Of a stretch of 33,830 bases of DNA, positions 7,960 to 18,038 are shown piece by piece (positions within the stretch are counted from its first letter, which is position 1; every line of letters begins with the position of its first letter). The stretch lies in NCBI GenBank assembly GCA_046482545.1, contig JAWOEX010000040.1, forward strand, positions 1-33,830, read 5' to 3'. Under the pieces are notes generated by a model. The model did no database searches, had not been told where the DNA came from, and was given only the letters and a program-made list of their open reading frames with translations. This stretch comes from Candidatus Thorarchaeota archaeon. Its GTDB lineage: Archaea; Asgardarchaeota; Thorarchaeia; Thorarchaeales; Thorarchaeaceae. A program made the translations under genes and the position numbers.

Positions 7960-8637
7960 ATGAACGAGAATCTCTGTGTTTCCATCAATGGGAGAAACCC
8001 CCTAGACTGTATGGATATGATATCCTCCTGTGATGCGGAGATAATAGAACATAGGATGGATTACATGGATCAAATCGAACAGCTTCACGAAATCTACGAT
8101 GCTACATCAAAACCCATCATTGCTACGTGTAGGCCCTCAGCATTTGGTGGATACTTCAATGGACATGAAGAAGAGAGAACCAACTATCTCATTGAGGCTC
8201 TTTCTGCTGGGGCATCCTATGTTGATATCGAGATGCAAGCTACTGAGCTACTCTTTGATTCAGTTAAAAGCGAAGCATTAGAAAGAGGTTCTCGAATCAT
8301 ACTGTCAAAGCATTATTGGAACTCAACACCATCAGAATCGGTATTGAAAAAGAACGTCGCCGATATTCAGCAGATGAAACCAGATATCATCAAAATAGTA
8401 ACAACCGCAACATCTGTGGAAGATTGTCTTCGTGTACTCCATCTTTATCACCCGAACACGCGACCTGAGATACCTCTGATTGCTTTTGCAATGGGTCGTA
8501 TTGGCAAATTCACTCGAGTGTGTTCTCTATTTCTAGGTGCTCCTTTCGGGTATGTGTCACATGATAGTGGGAAAGCAGCCGCTGCAGGGCAGATTCCACA
8601 ATCAACCATGAGATTGGTATTGGAGGTGCTTGGTTGA
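7960..8637 (+). CDS. aroD: 3-dehydroquinate dehydratase type I
   Basis: IEHRMD, IATCRP..FGG, YVDIE, SKH....TP, IIKIVT, FAMG..GK.TR, AAGQ. Confidence 0.92.
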   Translation: MNENLCVSINGRNPLDCMDMISSCDAEIIEHRMDYMDQIEQLHEIYDATSKPIIATCRPSAFGGYFNGHEEERTNYLIEALSAGASYVDIEMQATELLFDSVKSEALERGSRIILSKHYWNSTPSESVLKKNVADIQQMKPDIIKIVTTATSVEDCLRVLHLYHPNTRPEIPLIAFAMGRIGKFTRVCSLFLGAPFGYVSHDSGKAAAAGQIPQSTMRLVLEVLG

Positions 8638-9485
8638 AACGAATTGTACTGGTGGGAAATCCTGTAGAGCATTCGTACAGTCCGGTTATGCATAATGCTG
8701 CCTTCAAGGCATTAGATTTGCAGCATGAATACCAATACAGTCTTCTTCCACTAGAGAGTGATGAACTCACGGATTTCGTAGAATCGATTGCGACAGGGCG
8801 TTTGGAGGGGGCTAATGTAACGATACCATACAAGCGGAGCATCATGGCTCATCTGTCAGACATATCTGAAGAAGCGAAGTCTGTTGGAGCTGTCAATACT
8901 ATCTATCGAAAACAGGACAGGATTGTTGGATGCAATACAGATATAGTTGGTATTATCCAGCTATTCAAGACGGCTGAGCTTGGGATTGAGGGAACCTCAG
9001 CAGTGGTCCTAGGAGCAGGAGGGGCTGCACGGGCCGTAGCATTTGCCCTTTCGAAGATGAATGCCGAAAAGGTGTTCATATGCAATCGCACTCTAAGCAA
9101 AGCACAACAGCTGGTTCGTGAAATCAGTAATCGTTTCTCAGTTATTTCTTGTGCAGGTTCCTACCCTTTAGCACAGGATTTCCTTGAGCAATACGACTTG
9201 CTTGTGAATTGCACTCCACTTGGCATGAAAGGCCATTCAATTGGTGAAACGCCAATCAAGAAAGAGTTCCTTACTGAGGATCTAGTGGTTATGGACTTGG
9301 TCTACAATCCGCTAGAAACCCGTTTACTGAGAGCGGCTGAGGGCGCGGGGTGTAGGACAATAAACGGAGCTCATCTCCTGATTGAACAGGGAGCTGCATC
9401 CTTTGAGAAGTGGACCGGGTTGAACCCCCCTGTTGATGTGATGAGAACCGAACTACTCAAGCAACTGGAGAATGACTCTCAATGA
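8634..9485 (+). CDS. aroE: Shikimate dehydrogenase
   Basis: GNPVEHSYSPVMHN, GANVTIPYK, GAVNT, NTD, GAGGAARA, DLVYNP. TTG start overlaps the aroD stop. Confidence 0.95.
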   Translation: MKRIVLVGNPVEHSYSPVMHNAAFKALDLQHEYQYSLLPLESDELTDFVESIATGRLEGANVTIPYKRSIMAHLSDISEEAKSVGAVNTIYRKQDRIVGCNTDIVGIIQLFKTAELGIEGTSAVVLGAGGAARAVAFALSKMNAEKVFICNRTLSKAQQLVREISNRFSVISCAGSYPLAQDFLEQYDLLVNCTPLGMKGHSIGETPIKKEFLTEDLVVMDLVYNPLETRLLRAAEGAGCRTINGAHLLIEQGAASFEKWTGLNPPVDVMRTELLKQLENDSQ

Positions 9486-10006
9486 CTCAGAAGCGAACAA
9501 ATATCGGATTGATTGGTTTCATGGGTACAGGCAAGACAACCATTGGGAGCGCCTTGGCTGAATTCTTAGATTGGACTTTTTGCGATACAGATGATATCGT
9601 TGAGAGTCGTGCAGGAAAAACGATCTCGCAGATATTCTCAGACGAAGGTGAAGCAGCTTTTCGGGAATTGGAATGTGTAGTTGTAAAAGAAGTTTGCAAT
9701 CTCGAAACAACGGTAATTAGTTTCGGAGGAGGAGCACCTCTTGACCCCGTTAATCGTCGATTGATAGAAAAAAACTCGTTCGTTGTGTTGTTGAAGGCAT
9801 CAGCTAGCACTATTATTGCGCGAACATCTGGATCTACTGAAAGACCCCTGCTCAATGTACATGAAGGACAGCTTGAAAATAAAGTGAACTTGCTTCTGAA
9901 CGAAAGAAATCTGACTTACAAAGAAATAATGGATTTTGAACTAGAGACCGATGATCTGAGTGTGGAAGAGGCCGTGACGAGAATCGTTGAGAGGTTGAAA
10001 CTATGA
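9482..10006 (+). CDS. aroK: Shikimate kinase, bacterial (NMP-kinase/P-loop) type
   Basis: GFMGTGKTT Walker A, DTD, GEAAFRELE, SFGGG, RPLL. Confidence 0.93.
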   Translation: MTQKRTNIGLIGFMGTGKTTIGSALAEFLDWTFCDTDDIVESRAGKTISQIFSDEGEAAFRELECVVVKEVCNLETTVISFGGGAPLDPVNRRLIEKNSFVVLLKASASTIIARTSGSTERPLLNVHEGQLENKVNLLLNERNLTYKEIMDFELETDDLSVEEAVTRIVERLKL

Positions 10007-11301
10007 AGGCTGTCGTACGAAACTCCTCGATTGCAGGAGAAGTCGCTGCACCATCATCAAAAAGCTATACACATCGTGCATTTGTTTGTGGTCTTCTGTC
10101 CAGAGGTTCTAGCACAATTCAGAACCCCCTTTTCTGCGATGATACCCAAGTAACAATGCATCTTTGTGAAATGATGGGAGCTGAAATCCAAAAGGGTTCG
10201 GATGTCGAAATCAAAGGCCCCGATAATATCAAGGCCCCAAGATCAGAAATGAACTGCAGAGGTTCAGGAACAACGTTGAGAATTTTCTCAGCATTGTCAG
10301 CCCTGGCAGACGGAAGATGTGTTCTGACAGGCGATAGAAGCCTGCAAAGGAGACCCATCGGCCCGCTCATTGAAGCACTCCGCCAGCTTGGTATCAATGC
10401 AGAGTACCTTGGCAAAAACGGAAGGCCGCCAGTGCGGATTCATGGTGAGGGGTGCATCAAAGGGGGAAAGGTAACGATTCGTGGTGATATTTCCTCCCAA
10501 TTCATAACTGCTTTGCTCTTTGCTTGTGCTAAAGGGACAGAACCCACGACAATTCAGATAACTACCAATCTAGAATCGCAACCATACGTGAAGATGAGTC
10601 TCGAAGTCATGAATCATTTTGGTGTTGAAGCAAATGTTTCGAAGGACTGGAGACAAATTCTCATTCCGGGAAAGCAGGATTACCAACCTAGTGAATACCA
10701 AGTAGAGGGAGACTATTCTTCAGCTTCCTTCCTATTAGCCGCTGCTGCTCTGTCAGGAGAAGTGTCTGTATCAGGTCTAAGAAAAGACACAGTTCAGGGA
10801 GATATCAAATTTCTGCAGACTATTCGACAAATGGGAGCACATGTCGAATTTGGCAGTGATCTTGTTGTAAGAAACGAAGAATTGAATGGATTGACGATTG
10901 ATGCATCCAATATACCTGATTTGGTTCCGATACTAGCTGTTGTTGCGACTCAGGCTCATGGACTCACTCGAATAGTAAATGCAACGCGCTTACGTCTAAA
11001 GGAAAGCAACAGACTTGCTTCTATCAGTCGTGAGCTGAAGAAGATGGGAGCCGATATTCGACAGGATATGGATGAAATCATGATTTGTGGACCCGTGCGG
11101 TTGCATGGCAAAATGCTGGACCCACATGGAGATCATCGAATCGCAATGGCAGGTATAGTTGCAGGATTGGTCGCAAACGGTACAACAGTTGTGAAAAACG
11201 TTGAATGCATTAGAAAGAGCTATCCGAGTTTCATCCGAGATGTCCGATCTATTGGTGGGGAAGTAGAACTGGTCAAGGATAAAGGTATAGGTGATTTATG
11301 A
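10003..11301 (+). CDS. aroA: EPSP synthase (3-phosphoshikimate 1-carboxyvinyltransferase)
   Basis: SKSYTHRA, SGTTLR, SSQFITAL, GDYSSA, RLKESNR, DHRIAM, KSYPSF. Confidence 0.95.
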   Translation: MKAVVRNSSIAGEVAAPSSKSYTHRAFVCGLLSRGSSTIQNPLFCDDTQVTMHLCEMMGAEIQKGSDVEIKGPDNIKAPRSEMNCRGSGTTLRIFSALSALADGRCVLTGDRSLQRRPIGPLIEALRQLGINAEYLGKNGRPPVRIHGEGCIKGGKVTIRGDISSQFITALLFACAKGTEPTTIQITTNLESQPYVKMSLEVMNHFGVEANVSKDWRQILIPGKQDYQPSEYQVEGDYSSASFLLAAAALSGEVSVSGLRKDTVQGDIKFLQTIRQMGAHVEFGSDLVVRNEELNGLTIDASNIPDLVPILAVVATQAHGLTRIVNATRLRLKESNRLASISRELKKMGADIRQDMDEIMICGPVRLHGKMLDPHGDHRIAMAGIVAGLVANGTTVVKNVECIRKSYPSFIRDVRSIGGEVELVKDKGIGDL

Positions 11302-12374
11302 TGACGTTTTCATTTGGAAAAGATTTCAGAATCCATCTATTTGGCGAGAGTCATGGAGAATGTGTCGGGGTAGTAGTTGATGGATGTCCGCCGGGCTTAG
11401 TTGTAATTGAAGATGAAATCCAAACAGAGTTGGACCGTCGTCGCCCTGGAATGAGCAGGCTAGCTTCATCAAGAAAGGAAGGTGACCAGGTTCGCATTCA
11501 TAGTGGTGTTTTGGATGGCAAAGCAACTGGAGTTCCCATAACTATGACAATTGCTAATCAAGATGTAGATAGTTCTTGGTATGATAAAACGAAGCACATT
11601 GTGAGACCGGGTCATGCAGATTACACAGCTAGGGTCAAGTACAATGGCTACAACGACCATAGAGGAGGAGGCACATTCTCAGGAAGAATGACGGCCGGTT
11701 TAGTCATGGCAGGAAGCATTGCAAAAGGTATCTTGGATGAAAAAGGAATTGAGGTATGTGCTCACACAGTCCAAATCGGCAGAGTTACCGTTCACTCTGA
11801 ATTGTCGAATGATGACATTAGGGAACGGGCTTTTTCCAATCCCCTGAGATGTGCTGATTCTGAAGTTTTGGCAGATATGGAAAAAGAGGTTATGAAAGCA
11901 CGTCAAAATGGAGATTCCGTTGGAGGTGTTGTGGAATGCAGGATACTAGACGTTCCCGTTGGACTGGGCGAACCTTTCTTTGATTCTATTGAGAGTGTTA
12001 TGAGCCACGCAATGTTTAGTATACCGGGAGTCAAAGGCATTGAATTTGGCTCCGGTTTTCGTTCAGCATCAATGAGAGGTTCAGAACACAATGATCCTGC
12101 AGAGATTATTGATGGCAAAATTACCTGGACCAAGAACGATGCAGGGGGCATATTGGGAGGCATTACCAATGGGGCGCCGGTGACTTTCAAAACAGCATTC
12201 AAACCAACCCCAACCATTTCAAAACCTCAAAACACGGTAGATATCCAGAAGATGCAAGAAACTGTGATGAGCGCAAGAGGTAGGCATGACCCATGTATTG
12301 TTCCACGAGCTGTGCCGGTGGTGGAATGCTTCGCTGCACTTGTTATGGCTGATTTCCTCAAAAGATCTGATTGA
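11298..12374 (+). CDS. aroC: Chorismate synthase
   Basis: GESHG, RRRPG, RPGHAD, GGGTFSGRMTA, GDSVGG, GGILGGITNG, FKPTPTI, GRHDPC. Confidence 0.96.
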   Translation: MMTFSFGKDFRIHLFGESHGECVGVVVDGCPPGLVVIEDEIQTELDRRRPGMSRLASSRKEGDQVRIHSGVLDGKATGVPITMTIANQDVDSSWYDKTKHIVRPGHADYTARVKYNGYNDHRGGGTFSGRMTAGLVMAGSIAKGILDEKGIEVCAHTVQIGRVTVHSELSNDDIRERAFSNPLRCADSEVLADMEKEVMKARQNGDSVGGVVECRILDVPVGLGEPFFDSIESVMSHAMFSIPGVKGIEFGSGFRSASMRGSEHNDPAEIIDGKITWTKNDAGGILGGITNGAPVTFKTAFKPTPTISKPQNTVDIQKMQETVMSARGRHDPCIVPRAVPVVECFAALVMADFLKRSD

Positions 12375-12520
12375 TTATTACCAGGCTCCTTGTAATCGAA
12401 CATGAAAATAGACAAGCTAGTCACAGGCTGCTGTGCACTACCTGTGATGTTTAGAAGGCGAGGTCTAGGTTCTGCCTGAAGGGCTGTTTAAAGATTGATA
12501 CGATTTGGGGGAGGTGTCTG

Positions 12521-13297
12521 TCAGGATTCTGCGGCATTTTGACCAAAAAACAAATCCTGTCGGAAGACCCCGAATATCATAACCAGCAATATCGAACTCA
12601 CCACAGTTGCCAGAGATCTCTCTATCAACATCAACGGGAAGATGGCAAATCCAAAAACCTCAGGTGGAATAGCCAGAATATAGACTGCTCCGATAGTCAT
12701 CATTGAGAAATCAGTCATAGTTCCAACGAACGCCAGCAGGGCTATTCTCCAATGATTTGGTTCTTCATCATCCTCTGTCAAAATATCCTTTTTGTAGAAT
12801 TGGAGCCCCAGAGCTACGACAGCAGCCAGCATGTATGGGCTTGCAAACCACCATGTAGTCCAATTTGGTATTTCATACAGCAAGACCACGATAAAGAGAT
12901 ACACGGCACAAATGGCCGGACCAGGCAATCTGATACCCCTTATTCCAGTGACTGATTTTCTCGCTAGACCTGTGAAAAGGCCAGATACTGCAGGACCGAG
13001 AATAGTAGTTGGCACTACCAAGTATATGCCTCCTACAGCAAGAGAAACAAACGTGGCCAGTACACCGGCTATCAATCCAAATCCACTTCCGCGGACAGGA
13101 CCAAGTATGACTCCAAAAAGTGGAGCGATGATTATCGCAAGGCTTATTGTACTCGTAAAACCAGTTGCTGCTAGGAACCCACTAAGGGGGATTAGAGCAG
13201 ATACAGCATAGAGAGCTGCTAACATCATTCCTATTGCCGTTGGTTTACTACCAGTGTCACTAGCAAGAAACTCCGTTTCTCCAACGACATCACTCAC
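12521..13297 (-). CDS. Multi-pass membrane protein, ECF transporter S-component-like
   Basis: About 8 hydrophobic segments; N-terminal AALYAV..LIP.S and IIAPLFGVILGP..G pattern typical of S components. GTG start. Confidence 0.55.
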   Translation of the reverse strand: MSDVVGETEFLASDTGSKPTAIGMMLAALYAVSALIPLSGFLAATGFTSTISLAIIIAPLFGVILGPVRGSGFGLIAGVLATFVSLAVGGIYLVVPTTILGPAVSGLFTGLARKSVTGIRGIRLPGPAICAVYLFIVVLLYEIPNWTTWWFASPYMLAAVVALGLQFYKKDILTEDDEEPNHWRIALLAFVGTMTDFSMMTIGAVYILAIPPEVFGFAIFPLMLIERSLATVVSSILLVMIFGVFRQDLFFGQNAAES

Positions 13298-13397
13298 TAT
13301 TACTAGCCACCAAGCAATTCAGAGATTCACCAAAAACCGCATCTTATGACAGTTTCGCTGGGCGAATACTCTCACACTGACGAATGGACCCAGTGAA

Positions 13398-14525
13398 TCA
13401 GCCATCGGCTATTGGTGCTTTCTCTTTCAGAATGCTTTCGATTTGCCACGCTCTATAGGTTACGACCACTAGTATAAAGGCTCCACATATTGCCAGAATC
13501 ATTGGGAACGTAGGATCGTTCTTGGGTACCTCCTCTATGGTGATAATCTCAATGACGAATGTAATTTGCAAATCGCTGTCAACACGTTTCAGATGGAGAA
13601 TACATGGCTCAAACGAGAAATTTGGCTCAAACCACAACTCCGGCGAGCTCGACAACTCATCTATCATGAACTGGTTCGACTCATCATCAATCCGCAGTTC
13701 CATCTGAAAGGGAACTTCTCCAAATTGGAAGGAATGAACGCGGATAGCCGAGATTGATACATTATACGAATCAGCTATCTCATTGAAATCGTAGCTTACC
13801 ACAGTATTGGATTCATTCAAGGTATCAGCTATTTTCAATTGGTCCAACTCTACTTCACGTGTTTCCGTTTGGTACCTGTTTCCTAAAATACCGCTGAGTA
13901 ATGGACTAATCAGAGCACTACTGACGATAATGAGAATAATCACTGCTAGTGGTCCAAATCGGTCCAGATTGGAAATTGCGCCTTTCTTCTTCAAGAATGG
14001 ATTCCAACAGTCCCATCTTATCTTGATGAGATGATATCCGACCCAGAACAATGTAGGAACAGCTATGATGGGCAAGAATAGGAAGATGGGAAAACCAGGA
14101 TTTAGGGGAGGGGGGACTAGGACATGTATCAAGATTTCTACTCGGACACTAGCCGTCTGATTCATTCGGGAGAAGATGATAATAATAGTCTCCTGAGCCC
14201 CCGGGTTGACTTCTATCGGGAGATGTCTCATACGAGTCACGTTGTGAAGCATCAATTTTGTATTGGTCAGATTTGCAACGGATATCACTATGGCTGTATC
14301 ATTGGTTGTAACCGATGCGATTTCTATCTGGGATATGTGTAGACCTGCTCGTTCGTACGTATAATTCGAACTATGATCTGAAAGGATGAAGCTCGGTTCA
14401 TCCTCAATGACGGATTCATCCCATGAATGATCTCGCGGAACATATAGCATGGCGATACCTGTTCCAAGAATAGCAATGAAGAGCAACAGAGCTGACACTA
14501 CAACGCGAGGCGTTTGACATTTCAT
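13398..14525 (-). CDS. Hypothetical membrane protein with two TM-flanked extracellular beta-rich domains
   Basis: 375-aa ORF with 4 hydrophobic segments and multiple N-x-S/T sequons. Confidence 0.65.
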   Translation of the reverse strand: MKCQTPRVVVSALLLFIAILGTGIAMLYVPRDHSWDESVIEDEPSFILSDHSSNYTYERAGLHISQIEIASVTTNDTAIVISVANLTNTKLMLHNVTRMRHLPIEVNPGAQETIIIIFSRMNQTASVRVEILIHVLVPPPLNPGFPIFLFLPIIAVPTLFWVGYHLIKIRWDCWNPFLKKKGAISNLDRFGPLAVIILIIVSSALISPLLSGILGNRYQTETREVELDQLKIADTLNESNTVVSYDFNEIADSYNVSISAIRVHSFQFGEVPFQMELRIDDESNQFMIDELSSSPELWFEPNFSFEPCILHLKRVDSDLQITFVIEIITIEEVPKNDPTFPMILAICGAFILVVVTYRAWQIESILKEKAPIADG

Positions 14526-14624
14526 TTCGACCCCTCCGATTTGTTGTCTAGAACTAGTCAGCAGTGCTTAAGTTATTTTTGCCTGAGCTCAGGTGGCGGC
14601 CTAAGCACATGATAGACGTACCAT

Positions 14625-15257
14625 TTAGCTAGGTTGTTCGTCGAAACATGTGTACTTGTTTCTTGAGGGATTGGTCTGCTCCTCAACAAATACCAAATAC
14701 GTGCCTTCTATGCCCATTGTTACCTTGTATCCATAGAGCATACTGTCGAAGAAATCTTCCTTTGTTAGGAATAGCTTCGTGGTGTACTTCCTTCCATCGT
14801 AAACGGCGTCTTCATTGTCCTTACCGTATCGTTCTATGAAAGTCTTAACTGCCCCTGTCAACCCACGCTTACTGTCGTCCGTGACGAGCTCCCCATTTGC
14901 GAGTGAGCGAAGTTCAGTAAGCCTTTCGGATTCAACAAGCCATCTCAGGCTTTTGGGAGCAACATCATAGAGGCCATCCCCTTTGTATACGGAGTAATTC
15001 CTCCAGATAACTACTGGTGTCATATGAAGTCTAGTCGTAGGTTTCATTTCTTCAAGAATTCTTCGTGCACGGTTTCTTGTGAAGCCCTGGATTGCCTTGA
15101 CTTCGATTTTGAATCCTTGCTCATCGTCCCATGCAAGAAGGTCTGGATCTCCACCTCTTCCACCACTACCGGCGACCCGAACAACCTCAAACCCCTTGGC
15201 TTCTAGGATGTCACGAACATGTCTTTCATGAGAAGCTCCCTTACTATAGTGGGTCAA
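14625..15257 (-). CDS. hjc: Archaeal Holliday junction resolvase (Hjc-like PD-(D/E)xK nuclease) with C-terminal extension
   Basis: KGASHER...L..KGFEVVRVAGSG....PDLLA......IEVK. Confidence 0.72.
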   Translation of the reverse strand: MTHYSKGASHERHVRDILEAKGFEVVRVAGSGGRGGDPDLLAWDDEQGFKIEVKAIQGFTRNRARRILEEMKPTTRLHMTPVVIWRNYSVYKGDGLYDVAPKSLRWLVESERLTELRSLANGELVTDDSKRGLTGAVKTFIERYGKDNEDAVYDGRKYTTKLFLTKEDFFDSMLYGYKVTMGIEGTYLVFVEEQTNPSRNKYTCFDEQPS

Positions 15258-15454
15258 GGTCTATCCTCACTTTGTCTCAATCTGCTTCCTTCATAAATCA
15301 TGGGGACCAGACAGAGATTCTCTGGCTGGTTTTTCCCCTACTATGTGAGTTTCCAATTCTATCAGATGGAGCAATGTCGTTCGAATCCACTGTTTAGGAT
15401 CTGTGGATTGATTCTGTTGTTTGTAACTGTCCGTTCTTGGAAGAGAGGAACAGA

Positions 15455-16144
15455 CTACTTCGGAACTCTGGCAGCTCGTTCCAAGTACTTTCTTGCCGCT
15501 TCAGCCTCTTCTTTCGGGACCTCTTTGTGACAGAGCCACCAGTCGAAGCACTCGTATTCCTTCATACGCTCTTCAGCTTCTTTCACCGAACCTGGTGGTG
15601 GGACTATCACATGCTCGCCGATGATTTCGTTGTTAGGCCAGTTGGCCGGTAGAGCAGCTTCGTATTTTCCACCAACTTGGAACGCCTTGACCATTCTCAG
15701 GAACTCGTCCATGTTACGGCCTAGCTCAAGCGGATAGAACAGTATCGCACGAATTACCTGCTCTGGATCAACAATGTAGACTGCTCTGACGGTTTTTGTG
15801 GATGACTGAGCATGAATCAAACCAAGCGTCTTGGAAACGGTGCCCATGGGATCTCCGATTACTGGATACGTAATCTCTACTCCTAGGTTGTCTTTTATCC
15901 ATTCGACCCATTTCATGTGGCTGATCGTACTGTCAACACTCAAACCAATGAGTTCCGTGTTGAGCTCCTTGAATTCATCATGTCTCTTGGCAAAAGCTGC
16001 GAACTCTGTGGTGCAAACCGGTGTGAAGTCGCCGGGATGACTGAACAGAATAAACCACTTGCCTTTGTAATGGTCTGGTAACTTGAGGTTGCCAAAAGTC
16101 GTATCTACTTCCATCTCTGGGAATTCTTCTCCAATTGTTAACAT
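15455..16144 (-). CDS. Peroxiredoxin (Prx6/archaeal type)
   Basis: [37 protein letters not shown]-terminal CFDWWLC. Confidence 0.93.
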   Translation of the reverse strand: MLTIGEEFPEMEVDTTFGNLKLPDHYKGKWFILFSHPGDFTPVCTTEFAAFAKRHDEFKELNTELIGLSVDSTISHMKWVEWIKDNLGVEITYPVIGDPMGTVSKTLGLIHAQSSTKTVRAVYIVDPEQVIRAILFYPLELGRNMDEFLRMVKAFQVGGKYEAALPANWPNNEIIGEHVIVPPPGSVKEAEERMKEYECFDWWLCHKEVPKEEAEAARKYLERAARVPK

Positions 16145-16236
16145 TCTTTTCTTTCTCCTTCAACTAGATTGAAGTGCGATTAGTAATTCTAGTTTATGCT
16201 TATAAACGTCCTATAATGCCTGTTTTCGTTTTTCCT

Positions 16237-16260
16237 CCTATCGGGGAGTCCCTATCGGGG
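16237..16260. repeat. 10-bp direct repeat CCTATCGGGG x2
   Basis: Copies at 16237-16246 and 16251-16260, immediately downstream of the propeller gene stop. Confidence 0.5.
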
Positions 16261-16261
16261 T

Positions 16262-17254
16262 TCAAGCATAGCATTCCCAGAAATGTGTGAATTTCCAGTC
16301 TCTTCCTATGTGCTTGTAGTCGTCGTCGAGATCTACAAAGGTTCCCTTCTCGAACGGGTAGAACCGCATGTCGTGATTATCATCACACACTATCAAATCT
16401 GTTTGCCCGGGCTTCCTCCAGTAACCCACCAAGTAGATCCAGTCGCCTTTGAAACCCCTTCCAACGCGTTCGTACGGAGGATCCGCAAAGGTGTTGTAAT
16501 CTTTGTCTGGTTTTACTCTGCCATATGGATACAGCCGCAATTCATCATTGTCTTTTCTTACAATAAGGTCAGGTGTGCCATTGTTAAGCCAGTGCCCTAT
16601 CAGAAAATGAGTGTAATCGTCGTAATCAAACCCTCGACCTACTTTTCGTGGTTTCCCTTGACCTTTGAACGTCCGCCCGTCAAATGGATAGACAAAAAGA
16701 TCCCCGTTATCCTCTCGAACAAGCAGGTCGGGAGTACTACCTCCAGTCCAGTGCCCGGGGTAGAGTTCAGGGAATTTGTCCTGATAGAAGCCATCGCCAA
16801 TTTTCTTTGAGCGGCCCAAATCCTCGAAATCGTCTCCGTTCCAGGGGTAGATCAAGAGGTGCCCATCATCGTCTCTCACAAGCAAATCTGAGGTTCCATT
16901 ACCTGTCCATTCCGCAACGTAATAGTCCCATTTTTCGCTGAATCCCCTTCCAACCTTGTCTCCGGTGCCTCGGTGATAGAACGTATATTCCTTGAACCGG
17001 TAGTACTTGAGGTCACCGTCACCTTCCAGAACAATCAGCGAAGTGCATCCGCCTAGTCTCCTTCCCTCTCTGGGCAATCGATTTGGTTCCCAATACCCCA
17101 ACAGGTATTCTTTGAAATCAAAACCATTGCCGACTTTCTTTCCAGTTTCAGCATTCGAATCATCGGGCGGATAGAAGGTAGGATATCCATCGACATCAAA
17201 GAGAGGATACCATTTCAAATCTTCATTCTTCTTACGCACTATCAAACCCGGCAT
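16262..17254 (-). CDS. FG-GAP/VCBS-like repeat beta-propeller protein
   Basis: About six ~50-aa repeats of K[VI]G.GF...G.W...G.PDL.VR.D.G.L..YP. No signal peptide. Confidence 0.7.
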   Translation of the reverse strand: MPGLIVRKKNEDLKWYPLFDVDGYPTFYPPDDSNAETGKKVGNGFDFKEYLLGYWEPNRLPREGRRLGGCTSLIVLEGDGDLKYYRFKEYTFYHRGTGDKVGRGFSEKWDYYVAEWTGNGTSDLLVRDDDGHLLIYPWNGDDFEDLGRSKKIGDGFYQDKFPELYPGHWTGGSTPDLLVREDNGDLFVYPFDGRTFKGQGKPRKVGRGFDYDDYTHFLIGHWLNNGTPDLIVRKDNDELRLYPYGRVKPDKDYNTFADPPYERVGRGFKGDWIYLVGYWRKPGQTDLIVCDDNHDMRFYPFEKGTFVDLDDDYKHIGRDWKFTHFWECYA

Positions 17255-17393
17255 GTTTATCGTTCACCGTTCTGTCTTTGGTTGGAGCTTTAATATTTCT
17301 CTTACTGCTCTCTACGTGCCCCTTTAGAGGTGTTATCTTGTATGAGTAGGATTAAGTAGAGGTAGAACCGTCTGAAAATATGGAGATTCGCCG

Positions 17394-18038
17394 ATGGCAT
17401 CAGAGATTGTGCTACAATTCATCGACGTGACAATGAAATACGATGACAATGTCCTCTTTGAGGATCTCAGTTTTGCCCTTCATGAGAACGAAACCATAGG
17501 AATCACCGGGCCTTCCGGTTCAGGCAAGAGCACTCTTCTACGTATCGCCAACAATCTCGAAGACCCTGCATCCGGGAAAGTTCTCTTTCAAGGGAAAGAT
17601 GTCACAGAATGGGAACCGACCGAGCTGCGAAGTTGTTTGATTCTTGTACCCCAGCAGGCTAGCATGTTTCCCGGGACGGTACGAAAGAATTTGCTTTGGG
17701 GTCTAAAGATTCATGATCGTTCGGCCCCCGATGACGAGCTACGTGGTGTACTAAAAGAGGTCAATCTGGATCCTGATATGATGGATCGAACAGGCGAAAA
17801 TCTTTCTGGTGGGGAAAAGCAGAGAATCGCCATAGCAAGAGCTCTCCTGCTGGAGCCCTGTGTTCTCCTGCTCGACGAACCTACATCGGCTCTCGATGAA
17901 AAATCCACTCTAGCGGTTGAATCAAGTATCAGTAGCGTCATCGAGCAGCGGCAAGTAGGCGTTCTCATCGTGACACACAACCGCGAGCAATCAGAACGTT
18001 TCACAGAGCGGGTAATAGAATTAGAAATGAGGGAATGA
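17394..18038 (+). CDS. fetA: ABC transporter ATP-binding protein (FetA/YbbL-like)
   Basis: GPSGSGKST, LSGGEKQR, LLLDEPTSALD, VTH. Coupled to a UPF0014 permease. Confidence 0.8.
   Translation: MASEIVLQFIDVTMKYDDNVLFEDLSFALHENETIGITGPSGSGKSTLLRIANNLEDPASGKVLFQGKDVTEWEPTELRSCLILVPQQASMFPGTVRKNLLWGLKIHDRSAPDDELRGVLKEVNLDPDMMDRTGENLSGGEKQRIAIARALLLEPCVLLLDEPTSALDEKSTLAVESSISSVIEQRQVGVLIVTHNREQSERFTERVIELEMRE

Noticed and set aside
5787-11301. Idea that aroB/D/E/K/A here is a precursor of the eukaryotic AROM pentafunctional fusion
   Set aside because: The genes are separate, their order (B-F-D-E-K-A) differs from AROM (B-A-K-D-E), and the idea cannot be supported without phylogeny.
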